The notes beneath the pieces are model-generated. The model ran no database searches. It worked only from the letters and a program-made list of their open reading frames with translations, and was not told the DNA's origin. A stretch of DNA of 64,000 nt, taken from NCBI RefSeq assembly GCF_009914755.1, contig NC_060929.1. One strand, 5' to 3'. The translations under genes and the position numbers were made by a program. Positions 36,677 through 52,273 of the stretch are shown piece by piece. Numbering within the stretch: position 1 is the first letter of the stretch; each line of letters opens with the position of its first letter. Source of the DNA: the human T2T-CHM13v2.0 reference genome, Homo sapiens.

Positions 36677-37149
36677 CTGAAAGGTTCATAAGAACAAGGA
36701 AGTTGTCACATAATCAGAGTTTTGGGGCCTTTTCACCAAACACATTTCTGATGGACCCCTATAGAACATTCAGATTTTCCTGATAAAAATATAGAAAATC
36801 CACTTATATCCTTCCTATCCTAATTATGTTATTAGAGGTTCCATGATTGGAAAAATTGTGATGAGTAATGGGACTAACAAGTACATAAAAGCAGTTTAAG
36901 ATAATTTGTACTAACTTCAGAGATAATACAGACTTTTATTTTTAAAAAAATATTTTACTATCAGTCCTACAAATGTTCTATTTTGAAACATGAGTAATAA
37001 TTCAAGAATAAGACAGTTGGAATGTGGTTGCACTGATTTTATATTGCCATTTAAAGAGATACAACATGTCAATAGTGTCTCCCTCATTTAATGTAATCTT
37101 ATTCCTCCCAATGAGATATTATAGGTATATTATTCAAATACATTTCTCT

Positions 37150-37660
37150 TTTTGTTAGGTCTGATAGCAAGAAACAGAAATCCATACAAACTAGTTTAAG
37201 GAAAGAAAATTTACTGAAAGGACACTACAGATTTTCATGGGAAGAAGGGTGAAGTCAAGCCAAACCTCCGAGAACAGGAAACTTTGATGTCTCTAGAGTG
37301 ATGCCTTCCCATTTGCTCCTCCCTGCACCTTTCTCCATGCAAAACAGCTTCCTCTGTTCCAGGATTATGGCCTCCCTTGCCCCTCATCACTTTGGTCTGC
37401 CTATAGCTTTAGCTGTCGGAGACTCCATTTTCACCTGACCTGATCCTTTTGTTCCTGACAACTAAATTAGTAAGACCCTCAGAAACCATCAGCTTAAATT
37501 CTCAAGAGAACGTATATTTGGCTCAGATCATCAGCTATGAATGTGCTTTCCTTTGTCTGGGAAAAAAGACATTTCTGGAGAAACCAACGTGTCAGCTTAG
37601 GCCTGACCTTTCAGCTAACACTAAGGGGTAGTGCCATTCCAAGAGTGTTGCTGAGTGGGG
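37150..37660 (-). mobile_element. Old MLT1 (MaLR) LTR, degenerate
   Basis: gcaagaaacagaaatcc..aaactagtttaag..aatttactgaaagga terminal motif. Confidence 0.5.
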
Positions 37661-40600
37661 GAAATTCCATTGAATTTGACTCTGCAAATACATGAGTACT
37701 TCCCCTATTCCAGGACGGCGATAAATCACCTAAAAACTTAGAAAATTCTAGGATGGCCTCGAACGAGATGGGCTATTTCTACTCTTTTTCAGACTTTAAG
37801 GATTAGAGTTTTCCTCAGACTTAATTTAGATTGTTTCAGGTGTCTCCGTGGTGCTATAATGACAACCAAATCTGGGTATTTGACATAGCTAACTCCATTC
37901 ACCCTACTTTTTTATAAAAAAATTCTTTTTTGTATAGATCTTTTTCATTTGACCCTAGAATTTTTGGACAGCTACTGGGTCTGATATTTATTCTAAATTT
38001 TAAATAAGACATTTACATTTTGGACTGCTGAGAATATAACAAGGTCACATATAGCAGAGCTTTGGTGTATATGAAAACAATGGAACAAACCATTAGCTAA
38101 GGATGCAGTGGAGGGATCTACGAGTCATTTGGGTACAAGATGGCAAGAGCTAGAACAGGGATGCTGGAGTAGAAATAGGAGGAAGGCAGACAGTCATTCC
38201 CCTGCTTCTCCTTTGCCATCTGTACCTTCAGTCATTGTCTGCTGGTTCTGCTCTACTTTATTATTTTATTGTTAATTTTTGTGGGTAGATAGTGGTGTCT
38301 ATATTTACAGGTTACATGAAATATTTTGATACAGGCATGCAATGAATAATAGTCACATCAGGGTAAACAGGATGTCCATCACCTCAAGCATTTATCCTTT
38401 GTGTTACAAGCAATCCAATTATACTCTTTTAGTTATTTTTTAATGTACACAAATTATTTTACCACAGTCACCCTGTTGTGCTAGCAAATACTAGGTCTTA
38501 TTCATTCTTTCTAACCATTAACCATCCCCACTTCTGCCCTGCACACTCGCCAACTACCCTTCCCAGCCCCTGGTATCCAGCCTTCTACTCCCCATGAGTT
38601 CAATCATTTTCATTTTTAGCTCCCACAAATAAGTGAGAAGATATGAAGTTTGTTCTTTTGTGCCCAGCTTATTTCATTTAACATAATGACCTTCAGTTCC
38701 AGACAAATGATGAGATCTTATTCTTTTTCATGGCTGATTAGTACTCCATTCTGTATATGTACCACATTTTCTTTATCCATTCATCTGTTGATGGACACTT
38801 AAGATTGCTTCCCAATCTTCGCTATTTTGAACAGTGCTGCAATTAACATGGAAGTGCAGATATCTCTTCAATATAATGCTTTCCTTTTTGCGAGGGGACA
38901 TACCCAGCAGTGGGATTGCTGGAGCATATGGTAGCTCTATTTTTACTTTTATGAGGAGCCGCCAAACTGTTCTCCATAGTGGTTTTACTAATTTACACTC
39001 CCAACAACAGCGTACCAGAATTCCCTTTTCTCCACAACCTCGCCAGCATTTGTGATTGCCTGACTTTGGGATAAAAGCCACTCTAACTGGCATGAGATGG
39101 TATCTCACTGTAGTTTTGATTTGCATTTCTATGATGATCAATGATGTTGAGCACCTGTTTTCCATCTGCATGTCTTCTTTTGAGAAATGTCTATTGAGAT
39201 TTTTGTCTATTTTTAATTCAGATTATAACATTCTTTTTCCTATAGAGTAGTTTGAGCTCCTTATATATTCTGGTTATTAATTACTTGCCAGAGGGATAGT
39301 TTGCAAATATTTTTTCCCATTCTGTTGGATGTCTCTTCACTTTGTTGATTGTTTTCTTTGCTGTTCAGAAGCTTTTTAACTTTATGTAATCCCATTTGTC
39401 CATTTTTGCTTTGGTTGCCTGTGTTTGTGAGGTATTACTTAAGAAATCTTTACTTGGTCCAATGTCCTAGAAAGTTTCCCCGATGTTCTCTTTTAGTAGT
39501 TTCATAGTTTGAGGTTTTAGACTTAAGTCTTTAATCCATTTTGGTTTGATTTTTGTATATGGTGAGAGATAGGGTCTAATTTCATTCTCTTTCATATGGA
39601 TATCCAGTTTTCCCAGCACTGTTTATTGAAGAGGTGGTCCTTTTCCCAATGTATGTTCCTGGCACGTCTGTCAAAAATAAGTTCACTGTATATGTATGGA
39701 TTTATCTCTGGGTTATCTATTCTGTTCCACTGATTTATGTGTTTGTTTTTATGCCAGTACCATGCCATTTTGGTTACTATAGCTTTGTAGTATAATTTAA
39801 AGTCAGGTAATGTGATTCCTCCAGTTTTGTTCTTTTTGCTTAGGATAGCTTTGGCTACCAGGATATTTTGTGGTTTTATATAAATTTTAGAATTGTTTTT
39901 TCTATTTCTGTGAATAAGAAATAGATTGGTAGATCCAAATCATTGGTATTTGGATAGGGATTGCATTAAACTTGTCTGTTGCTTTAGGTAATATGGACAT
40001 TTTAGCAATATTAATTCTTCAATCCATGAACATGGAGTATCTTTCCAGTTTTTGTGTGTCCTCTTCAATTTCTTATCAATATATTTTAGTTTTCATTATA
40101 GAGATCTTTCACGTCTTTCGTTAAATCCTAATAGATTTTATTTTATTTGTAACTACTGTAAACAAGATTACTTTCTTGATTTCCTTTTCAGATTGTTCAC
40201 TGTTGGCACATGGAAATGCTACTGATTTTTGTATGTCGATTTTGTATTTTACAACTTTGCTGAATTTGCTTATCTGTTCTAGTAGTTTTTTTGGTGAGTC
40301 TTTAGGTTTTTTGAAATATAAGATCACATCATCTGCAAACAAGGATAATTTGATTTCTTCCTTTCCAGTTTGGATGGCCTTTATTTCTTTCTCGTCTGAT
40401 TTCTCTAGCTAAGACTTCCAGTACTATGTTGAATAACGGTGGTGAAAGTGGGTATCCTTGTCATGTTCAAGATCTTAGAGGAAAGGCTTTCAGCTTTTCC
40501 CCATTCAATATGATGCCAGCTATGGGTCTGTCATATATGTCTTTGATTGTGTTGAGGTATGTTCCTTCTATACCCAGTTACTTTTTGGGGATTTTATCAT

Positions 40601-40996
40601 GAAGGGATGTTGAGTTTTATCAAATGCTTTTTCAGCATTCATTGAAATGATCATATGGTTTTTGTTCTTCATTCTGTTGTTTTGATTTATCACATTGACT
40701 GATTTGTGAATGTAGAACCATCCTCACATCCCTGGGATAAATCTCACTTGGTCATGATGAATGATCTTTTTAATGCATTGTTGAATTCAGTTTGCTAATA
40801 TTTTCTTGAAGATTTTTATGTCAATTTTCATCAAATATATTGGCCTGTAGTGATTTTTTATGTGCCTTTGTCTGATTTTGGTATCAGGTAATACTGGCCT
40901 CATATAATGAGTTTGGATGTATTCCCTCCTCTTCCTTTTTCAAAATAGCTTGAATAAGATTGGTATTAGTTCTTCTTTAAATATTTGGTAGATTCA

Positions 40997-42295
40997 CTAT
41001 ACATCTGACAAAGGACTAATATCTAGAATCTACAATGAACTCAAATTATCAAGAAAAAGCAAACAATCGCATCAAAAAGTGGGCTAAGAACATGAATTGA
41101 CAATTCTTAAGAGAAGATATACAAATGAGCCACAAATATATAAAAAATGCTCAACATCACTAATGATTAGAGAAATGCAAATCAAAACCACAATGCAATA
41201 CCACTTTACTCTTACAAGAATGGCCATAATCAAAAAATTAAAAAAATAAAAGATGTTGGCGTGAATGCGGTGAACAGTTACACTACTGGTGGGAATGTAA
41301 ACTAGTACAGCCACTGTGGAAAAGTATGGAGATTCCTTAAAGAACTAAAAGTAGAACTACCATTTGATCCAGCAGTCCCACTACTAGGTGTCTACCCAGA
41401 GGAAAAGAAGTAATTATACGAAAAAGATACTTGCACATGCATGTTTATAGCACCGCAATTCTCAATTGCAAAAAATGTGGAACCAATCAAAAGCCCATCA
41501 TTTAATGAGTGGATAAAGAAAATTAAATATATATATATTAGATAAAATATATATTTTATATACATATAAATAATGGAATACTACTCATCCATAGAAAGGA
41601 ATGAATTAATGGCATTCACAGCAACCTGGGTGAGACTGGAGACTATTATTCTAAGTGAAGTAACTCAGGAATGGAAAACCAAACATCATATGTTCTCACT
41701 TATATGTGGGAGCTAAGCTATGAGGATGCAAAGGCATAAGAATGATGCAATGGACTTTGGGGACTCAGGAGGAAAGGGTGGAAAGGGGTGAGGGATAAAA
41801 GACTACAAATTGAGTGCAGTGTAAAAGAAGTAATTATACGAAAAAGATACCTACACATGCATGTTTATAGCATCACAATTCTCAATTGCAAAAATGTGGA
41901 ACCAATCAAAAGCCCATCATTTAATGAGTGGATAAAGAAAATGATATATATATAAAATATATATGAAATATTATATATAAAAATATTATGTAATATATAA
42001 AACATTATATATATATAATGGAATACTACTCATCCATAGAAAGGAATGACTTAATGGCATTCACAGCAACCTGGATGAGACTTGCACACTTGGTATTTGG
42101 ATAGGGATTGCATTAAACTTGTCTATTGCTTTAAGTAATATGGACATTTTAGCAATATTAATTCTTCAATCAACTTCAATACTGCTCGAGTGATGGGTGC
42201 ACCAAAATCTCACAAATCACCACTAAACAACTTACTCATGGAACCAATCACCACCTGTTCCCCAATAACCTATGGAAATAAAAAAATTTAAATAT
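40997..42295 (+). mobile_element. L1PB1-like 3' fragment inserted in the L1MA2
   Basis: 3' end cacctgttccccaataacctatggaaataaaaa; TSD atatttggtagattca at 40981-40996 and 42296-42311. Confidence 0.92.
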
Positions 42296-44024
42296 ATATT
42301 TGGTAGATTCAGCAGTGAAGCCTTCAGGTCCTGGGCTTATTGTTGATGGCAGCCTTTTTATTACAGCTTTGATCTCACTACTTGTTATTGGTCTGTTCAT
42401 ATTTTGGATTTCTTCATGGTTCAATCTTGGAAGGTTGTATGTATCTAGAAATTCACTCATTTCTTCTAGATTTTCCAATTTACTGGCATATAGTTGCTCA
42501 CAGTAGCCACTAATGATCCTTTCAATTTCTGCAGTATCAGTTGTAATGTCTGCTTCTTCAACTCTAATTTTATCTGTTTGGATCTTCTCTCTTTTTTCTT
42601 ACTAGTCTGGCTAAAGTTTTACAAATTGTTTTCATCTTTTTAAAAAACCAACTTTTATTTTATTGATCTTTTGTATTAATTTCTTCATTTCAAATTCATT
42701 TATTTCTGCTTTGATTTTCATTATTTCTTTTTTTCTACTAATTTTGGGTTCAATTTCCGCTTGCTTTTCTAATTCCTTAAAATGCATCTTTAGGTTATTT
42801 ATTTGAAGTTTTTCTTCTTTTTTGATGTAGACACTTAGAGCTATCAGCTACCCTCTCTGCATTGTTTTCACTGTGTCCCACAGGTTTTGGTATGTTGTGT
42901 TTCTATTATCATTTGTTTAAAGAAATTTTTCAATTTCCTCCTTAATTTCTTCATTGACCCACTGGTCATTCGGGGCATATTGTTTAATTTCCATGTGTTT
43001 GTATAGTTTCCAAAATTACTCTTGTTATTGATTTCTAGTTTATTCCATTGTGGTCAGAGAACATGCTTGATACTATTTCAAGTTTTTGAATGCTCTAAGA
43101 CTTGTTTTGTGACCTAACATACCGATCCATCCTTGAGAACGATCCATGTACTGAAGAAAAGAATGTGTTTTCTGTAGCTGTTGGATGAAATGTTCTGTAA
43201 ATATCTATTAGATCCATTTGATCTATAGTGCAGATTAAGTCCAATGTTTCTTGGTTGATTTTCTCTCTAGAAAATCTGTCCAATGCTGAAAGTGTGGTGT
43301 TGAAGTCTCCAGCTATTATTTTATTGGAATCGATCTTTCTCTTTAGCTCTAATAATATTTGCTTTATATATCTGGGTGCCCCAGTGTTGGATGCATATAT
43401 ATTTACAATAATCATATCCTCCTGCTGAATTGACCCCTTTATCATTATACAGTGACCTTACTTTGTCTCTTCTCAATGTTTTGTCTTGAATTCTATTTTT
43501 TCTGATCTAAGTATTGCAAATCCTGCTCTTTTTTAGTTTCCATTGGCATGGAATGTCTTTTTCCATCCCCTTACTTTCAATCTATATTTATCTTTATAAG
43601 TAAAGTGCATTTATTGCAGGCAACAGATCACTGGGTCTTGGTTTTTTTAATCCATTCAGCCATTCTATGTCTTTTGATTGGAGAGTTTTGTCCATTTGCA
43701 TTAATGTTATTATTGATAAATAAAGACTTACTCCTTCCATTTTGTTATTTGTTTTCTGGTTGTTTTGCGGTCTTCTCTTCCTTTTTTCTTTTCTTCCTGT
43801 CCTCTCTCTAGTGAAGGTGATTTTCTCTGGTAATATGGTTTAATTTCTTGCTTCTTATGTTTTGCATATCTATTGTATTTTTTTATTTGAGGTTAGCATA
43901 AGGCTTGCAAATACTATCTTATAATCCATCATTTTAAGTTGATAACAACCTAATACTGTTTACATAAAAAAGTAAAAAGAAAACTGATAAAAGCTCTACA
44001 CCTTAACTTCATCCCTCCACTTTT

Positions 44025-44292
<268 letters not shown>

Positions 44293-47200
44293 TATCCCTC
44301 CACTTTTTATCTTGTTGTTTCTATTTATATCTTATTGTATTGACTGTGTCTTGAAAAACTGTTGTAGTTATTTTTTATTGGTTCATTTAGTCTTTCTTCT
44401 TGGGATAGAAGTAGATTACACACCACAGTTATAGTGTTATAATATTCTGTGTTTTTCTATATACTTACCATTACCAGTAAGTTTTACACCTTCAGATGAC
44501 TTCTTATTGCTCATTAACATCCTTTTTTTTAAAAAACTGAAGTACTCCCTTTAGCATTTCTTGTAGGATAAGTCTGGTGATGATGAAATCCTTCAGCCTT
44601 TGTCTGGGACAGTCCTCATTTCTCCTTTGTGTTTGAAGGATATTTTTCAGATATACTACTAAGGTAAAAGGTGTTTTTTCCTTCAGTACTTTAAATATGC
44701 CATGCCACTCTCTCCTGGCCTGTAAGATTTCCACTGAAAAGTCTGCTGCCAGATGGACTGGTGCTCTATGGTATGTTATTTGTTTGTTTGTTTTTTCTCT
44801 TGCCGCTTTTAGGATCCTTTATTTATCCTTGACTTTGGGGAGTTTGGTCATTAAATGCCTTGAGGTAGGCTTCTTTGAGTTAAATCTGTTTGGTGTTCTA
44901 TAACCTTCTTGTACTTGGATATTGATATCTTTCTTGAGGCTTGGGAAGTTTCTCTGTTATTATCCTTTTCAATAAACTTTCTACCTCTATCGCTTTCTCT
45001 ACCTCCTCTTTAATGCCTTATCTCTTAGATTTGCCCTTCCGAGACTATTTTCTACATCCTGTAGAAAATATGCTTTGTTGTTTTTTATTATTTTTTCTTT
45101 TGTCTCCTCTGTGTATTTTCAAATAGCTTGTCTGCAAGCTCACTTATTCCTTCTTCCGTTTGATCAATTTTGTCATTAAAAGACTCTGATGCACTCTTTG
45201 GTATGTCGATTGCATTTCAACTCCGGAATTTCTGCTTGATTTTTTCTAATCATGTCAATCTCTTTGTTCAGTTTATCCAACAGCATTCTGAATTCCTTCT
45301 CTGTATTGTCTTGAAATTCTTTGAGTTCCTCAAAACACCTATTTTGAATTCTTTGTCTGAAAGGTTACATATCTCTGTTTCCCCAGGATTGGTCTCTAGT
45401 GCCTTATTCAGTTCCTTTGGTGAGGTCATGTTTTCCTGGCTGGTCTCAATGCTGTGGATGTTCATCAGTGTCTGGGCATTGAAGAATTAGATATTTATTT
45501 TAGTCTCCACAGTCTGGGCTTGTTTGTAGCCCTCTTTCTTGGGAAGGCTTTCCAGTATTTGAAGGGACTTGAGTGTTGTGATCTAAGCCTTATCTGCATT
45601 ATGGGGCACCCCAAGTCCAGTAATACTGTGGTTCTTACAAACTCAAAGAGGTACCACCTTGGTGGTCTTGGGTAAGATCCAGAAGAATTCTCTGGATTAC
45701 CAACAGATACTCTTGTTCTTGTCCCTTTCTTTCTCCCAAACAAATGGAGTCTGTCTCTGTTCTGAGATATCTAGAGCTAGAGGTTGGGTGACACAAGTAC
45801 CCCTGTGGCCACGACTGGGGCTATGCTGGGTCAGACCTGAAGCCAGCATAGCACTGGGTCTCACTCAAGGCCAGTGATCACCGCTGACTACTGCCTATGT
45901 TTGCTCAAGGACTTGGGGCTCTACAATCAGCACATGGCAAAGCCAGCCAGGTTTGTGTCCTTCCCTTCAGGGTGGCAAGTTCCCCTAATCTCCAGGCAAG
46001 TCCACAGATGCCATCCAGGAGCCAGAGACTGGAGTTTAAAACCTTAGAAGTGTACTCAGTGTTCTACTGTACTGTGGCTGAGCTGGCACTCAAACCACAA
46101 AACACAGTCCTTCCCACTCTTCCCTCCCTTTTCCAAAGGCAGAGGGGCCTCATCCCATTGCCACCACTACAGACCCATGGGGAGTACTGCTAGGCTACCA
46201 CTGATGTTCACTTAAAGGCCAAGCGCTCTTCAGTCAGCTTGTGGTGAATGCTCCCTGCCCTGGGACTCATCTTCAGGGTAGTGGACTTCCCTCTGGCCCA
46301 GGGCAGGTCCAGAAATGCGATCCAAGGCCCAAGGCCTAGAACTGGGGAACCCAAGATCCCACTTGTGCTCTACTCTCATGGCCAAGCTGGTACCCACTGA
46401 TGTTCACTTAAGGGCCAAGGGCTCTTCAAGATGCAAGCCAAAGTTCCCTTTACTTTTCCCTCTGCTTTTCTCAAGAAGAAGGAGTCTCTCCCCATAGCCA
46501 CCAGAGCTGGGAATATGCTAAATCTCACCTGAAGCCAGTAAGTCTCAGGGTCTCACCCAAGGCCTGTGGCATATTACCTTGGTATCACTGCTGGTTATTC
46601 AGGGATCAAGTGTTCTTTAGTCAGCAGGGGATGAGGCCTGCCAGGACTGGGTCCTTCCTTTCAAGGGAGTGGGTTCCCTTCCAGTCCAGGGTGTGTCTAG
46701 AAATATTGTCCAGGAGCGAGGGCCTGAAAGTTGGCCTCCTGACTCTGACAGGTGTCCTTTCCTACTGTGGCTATGCCAGTATCCTAGATGAAAGACAAAG
46801 TCCTCTTCAATCTTCTCTCTCCTCACGCGGAAGGAAGGGGTCTCATTTGGAGCTGCGAGCTGTTCAGCCTGGGACTGGGGAGAGGGGTGGGGCAAGCATT
46901 CCCTTAGCCTCCCTGGCTGTTGTCTCAGTAGGTCATGTGTCCCCCCAGTCCACTGGTTCTGAGCCCAGTTCAGCACTAGGACCTGCCTAGGAGTTACAGT
47001 CCTTGTTGCCTAGACTGCCTTTTAAGTTTATTTAGGGTTTCAGAGGCACTTTATTCTGTGGTGGCAAGGCTTGCCAGAACTCCAGTTCTGACAGCTGGGA
47101 TGGGTGATTCCCTTCCGGCTAGGGCCAGTTAAAATACTCCTTCCATGAGTAGGGGGTCAACTGAGTTCAGCTGGCTTAGCTTTCTGTTGTGATAGGGCAC

Positions 47201-47532
47201 CACTGAATTCAACACAATGTCTCACAATTGCTGTGCTCTCCTTCTCCCAAGCACATAGATTCTCTCTCTGCGCTGCACGTTTGGGGCATAGGAGATGCGG
47301 GAGGGGTGGCATCAGCACTTCAAGACTGTCTCCTACTCTTTTCAGTGGCTCTTTCAGTGATATGAAGTTAAAATCAGGAACTGTGAGTGCTCACCTGATT
47401 TTTGGTTCTCAGGAACTTGCTTTTTTTTTGTTGTTTAAATAGTTGTTAAACTGGTGTCCTTGCAGGGGGAACAATCAGTGAAGCCTTCTATTTGGCCATC
47501 TTACTCAACATCTCTCCCATTCTGCTTTCTAA

Positions 47533-49991
<2,459 letters not shown>

Positions 49992-50344
49992 GATTGTCTC
50001 AAACATCTCAGATCAAGAAAGTCTTATCTCCTAATTGTCTCTTTGCCCATAACCATAATCACACTCATATGTATGTACCATGATCACGTCCATCTTGGAG
50101 CTTTTATCCTTTCTTCCCTTTTGCTTGGAATTCCTACCTTCCTCTCTTCTCCAAGCAATAGCTAAACCTCAAAACCCATTTTCAAGTCTCATCTCCTCCC
50201 TGAGACCCTCCCTGATCAATTCAATTAACTGATTTCTTATTCCTTGTCTGTTAAAACATGATATAAATGGAAATACAGAAATATGAATAGATTTGAAAAT
50301 TATTTAAGAGGTAGCAATAAAGATGGATTTTTGTGATAGACTGA

Positions 50345-50840
50345 TTTCCTTCCCTTTCTGTCTTCTTTCATAAGAGAATGTCATTTTAGGGGCTGGGAGA
50401 TCATCATGTTATCATGTAAAAAACAATAATCAGCTGTCTGGCAGAGAGGAGAGGCCATACAATACAATTCTGGCCAATGACATTTAATTGGATTGAGCAA
50501 TTACTCAAAAACGGAGCAAACTCAGCTTTATTTTCCTCCTTTTTTTTCTTTGTTAGCCTTGTTGCTATTTTTTGCTTTTTTAGCCTTGTTATTTTTTTCT
50601 TTTTAGCCTTTCTGCTTTTTTTCTCTCCTTTTTTCTGCCTGAAATATGGATATAATGTTAGAGATGGAGCACCTATCTTGTAACCATAAGAAGGCCACAA
50701 AGAATAGGGTAAAAAAAATTTGAAGAACTAAACTCTGAAATCTTTGAGCCAGCAACCACCTACCTCTCAAACTCTAGTTAAGGGAGGTAAACAAAACTTA
50801 TAAAATATCTAGTTTGTGGGAGGGAGTTCTAAACACAGAC
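50345..50840 (+). mobile_element. MLT1 (I/J-like) LTR, degenerate
   Basis: caattctggccaatga; tctgcctgaaatatggat..ggagc.cc.atcttgtaaccat. Confidence 0.55.
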
Positions 50841-51173
50841 ACTTTGACTAACATTAGCCTCTACACACTTTTAATACCTAAAGAATTCAAAACAAAAATA
50901 TACAAACAAGAAAACCTTTATTCTATCTAAAGGGATAACATTTTGAAACAATTCAATATTTGCTTAATGTCTATGAACAGAAATTAAGATATTTCTTTAT
51001 TTGAAAAACTAAAATTTACTTTCTTTGATGTTGAAATATTTGTTAAACATATTATAAATAAATTAACTCTTATCTTTGGCATTTGTTATATCCATTCTTC
51101 ATGGTACTCTAAGAGGGACTATAATAAATAGCATTTCGTTTTCCAGTGAATAAAAATATACACTAAATCTTAC

Positions 51174-51730
51174 CTAAAAACAGTCTTGACTTTGGAAATG
51201 CCTTTGTGTCATGTTATTTACAGATAACTCAGTAAGCAAGCTTGTGCTGGCAGAATTGGAGACACTGTTATGTTGCCAGGAATTCTTGCTGTGATACATC
51301 CATAGGAAGCTTGGGCTTTGGTCCAAGAAACTACAGCTGGAAAAGTCATCCCCTACCTTTCCAGAGAATTACTAAGAAACTACTCTATCCTGTAGGTTGT
51401 CCATTTTCCACAGCTACCCGTAGCAAGAATATTCTCTTGGCATTTATTCCTCTACACTGTGTTCTATCAGCATTTTTCCAAGCTCCCAAGCCTGAAAGGT
51501 ACCTGCTGGGATGGCTCTACACAAATTGTATGAGTTTCTCCTTAGGCATTCAGAGGAAATCCCACCAGATGTCAAAGGTGTCCGATATCACAGCACTCTA
51601 AGAAGTAGCTATGGCAAGAGACATAAGGTCACACAAACTGAGAAGTGAAATGGCAAAATTATAAATTCTTGTTATAAACACACTGTCATACGAAGTGAGA
51701 AATTGCAGTTGCATTAAGCTGATGGATAAT
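51174..51730 (-). pseudogene. Pseudo-exon E2 (557 nt; DUF3715-like core)
   Basis: tgcttgttgccag|ATT ATC...TAG|gtaaga; ordered motifs QLNATAISHF, CVYNKNL..FTS, FL*MPKEKL, ELGK, FLVI/SGKV, LDQSPS/YGC across several frameshifts. Confidence 0.7.
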
Positions 51731-51800
51731 CTGGCAACAAGCAAACAGATACTTATTTTCTCTTCAATCTAAACTGTGCAACTGTCCCTTCCTGACTTAC

Positions 51801-51890
51801 ATGCCAATCTTTTCAAATACTTCATCTTTAAATTACTATTATTAGTAAAGTACAAGAGAGCAGCCAGTATCATTTCTCCTGAGGCTACCT
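51801..51890 (-). pseudogene. Pseudo-exon E1 (90 nt)
   Basis: gttttcttccag|AGG...GGCAT|gtaagt; ends DEVFEKIG; 70-nt intron to E2, with a 1-nt phase mismatch. Confidence 0.55.
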
Positions 51891-52217
51891 CTGGAAGAAA
51901 ACTGCTAAATAAAAAGAAGATTTAAATGTTTTTCACTTGGCATTTTTATTGACCATCCAAAGGGTATATCACTAGCAGATGCGTATATACAGCCCTAGTG
52001 GAATCCACAACTGAAAATGCACAGTAAAGATTTCAGAAAGCAACAAGACAGACTCACTTCTCAGTAAGATTACAGATGTATGATTACTGATACTCTTTGA
52101 AAACTTTAAAAAATACTTATTAATCATGCACATTCATATTTCCTAGTATTGTTTCCAAATATTCCTAGCATATACTGTAAATAGTTTTTCTTTCCTGGAA
52201 TTTAACATTAACATTAC

Positions 52218-52273
52218 CTTTTAAATTTGTTAACAAATTTGCTTTTATCAGAGCTTTCAAGAATTTTCTTCCC
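52218..52273 (-). pseudogene. Candidate upstream pseudo-exon (56 nt)
   Basis: gacatcctctag|GGG AAG...AAA AG|gtaatg; open, GKKILESSDKSKFVNKFK. Confidence 0.4.

Noticed and set aside
51242-51601. Plus-strand 119-aa ORF
   Set aside because: Non-ATG start; antisense to the DUF3715-like exon; no recognisable motif.
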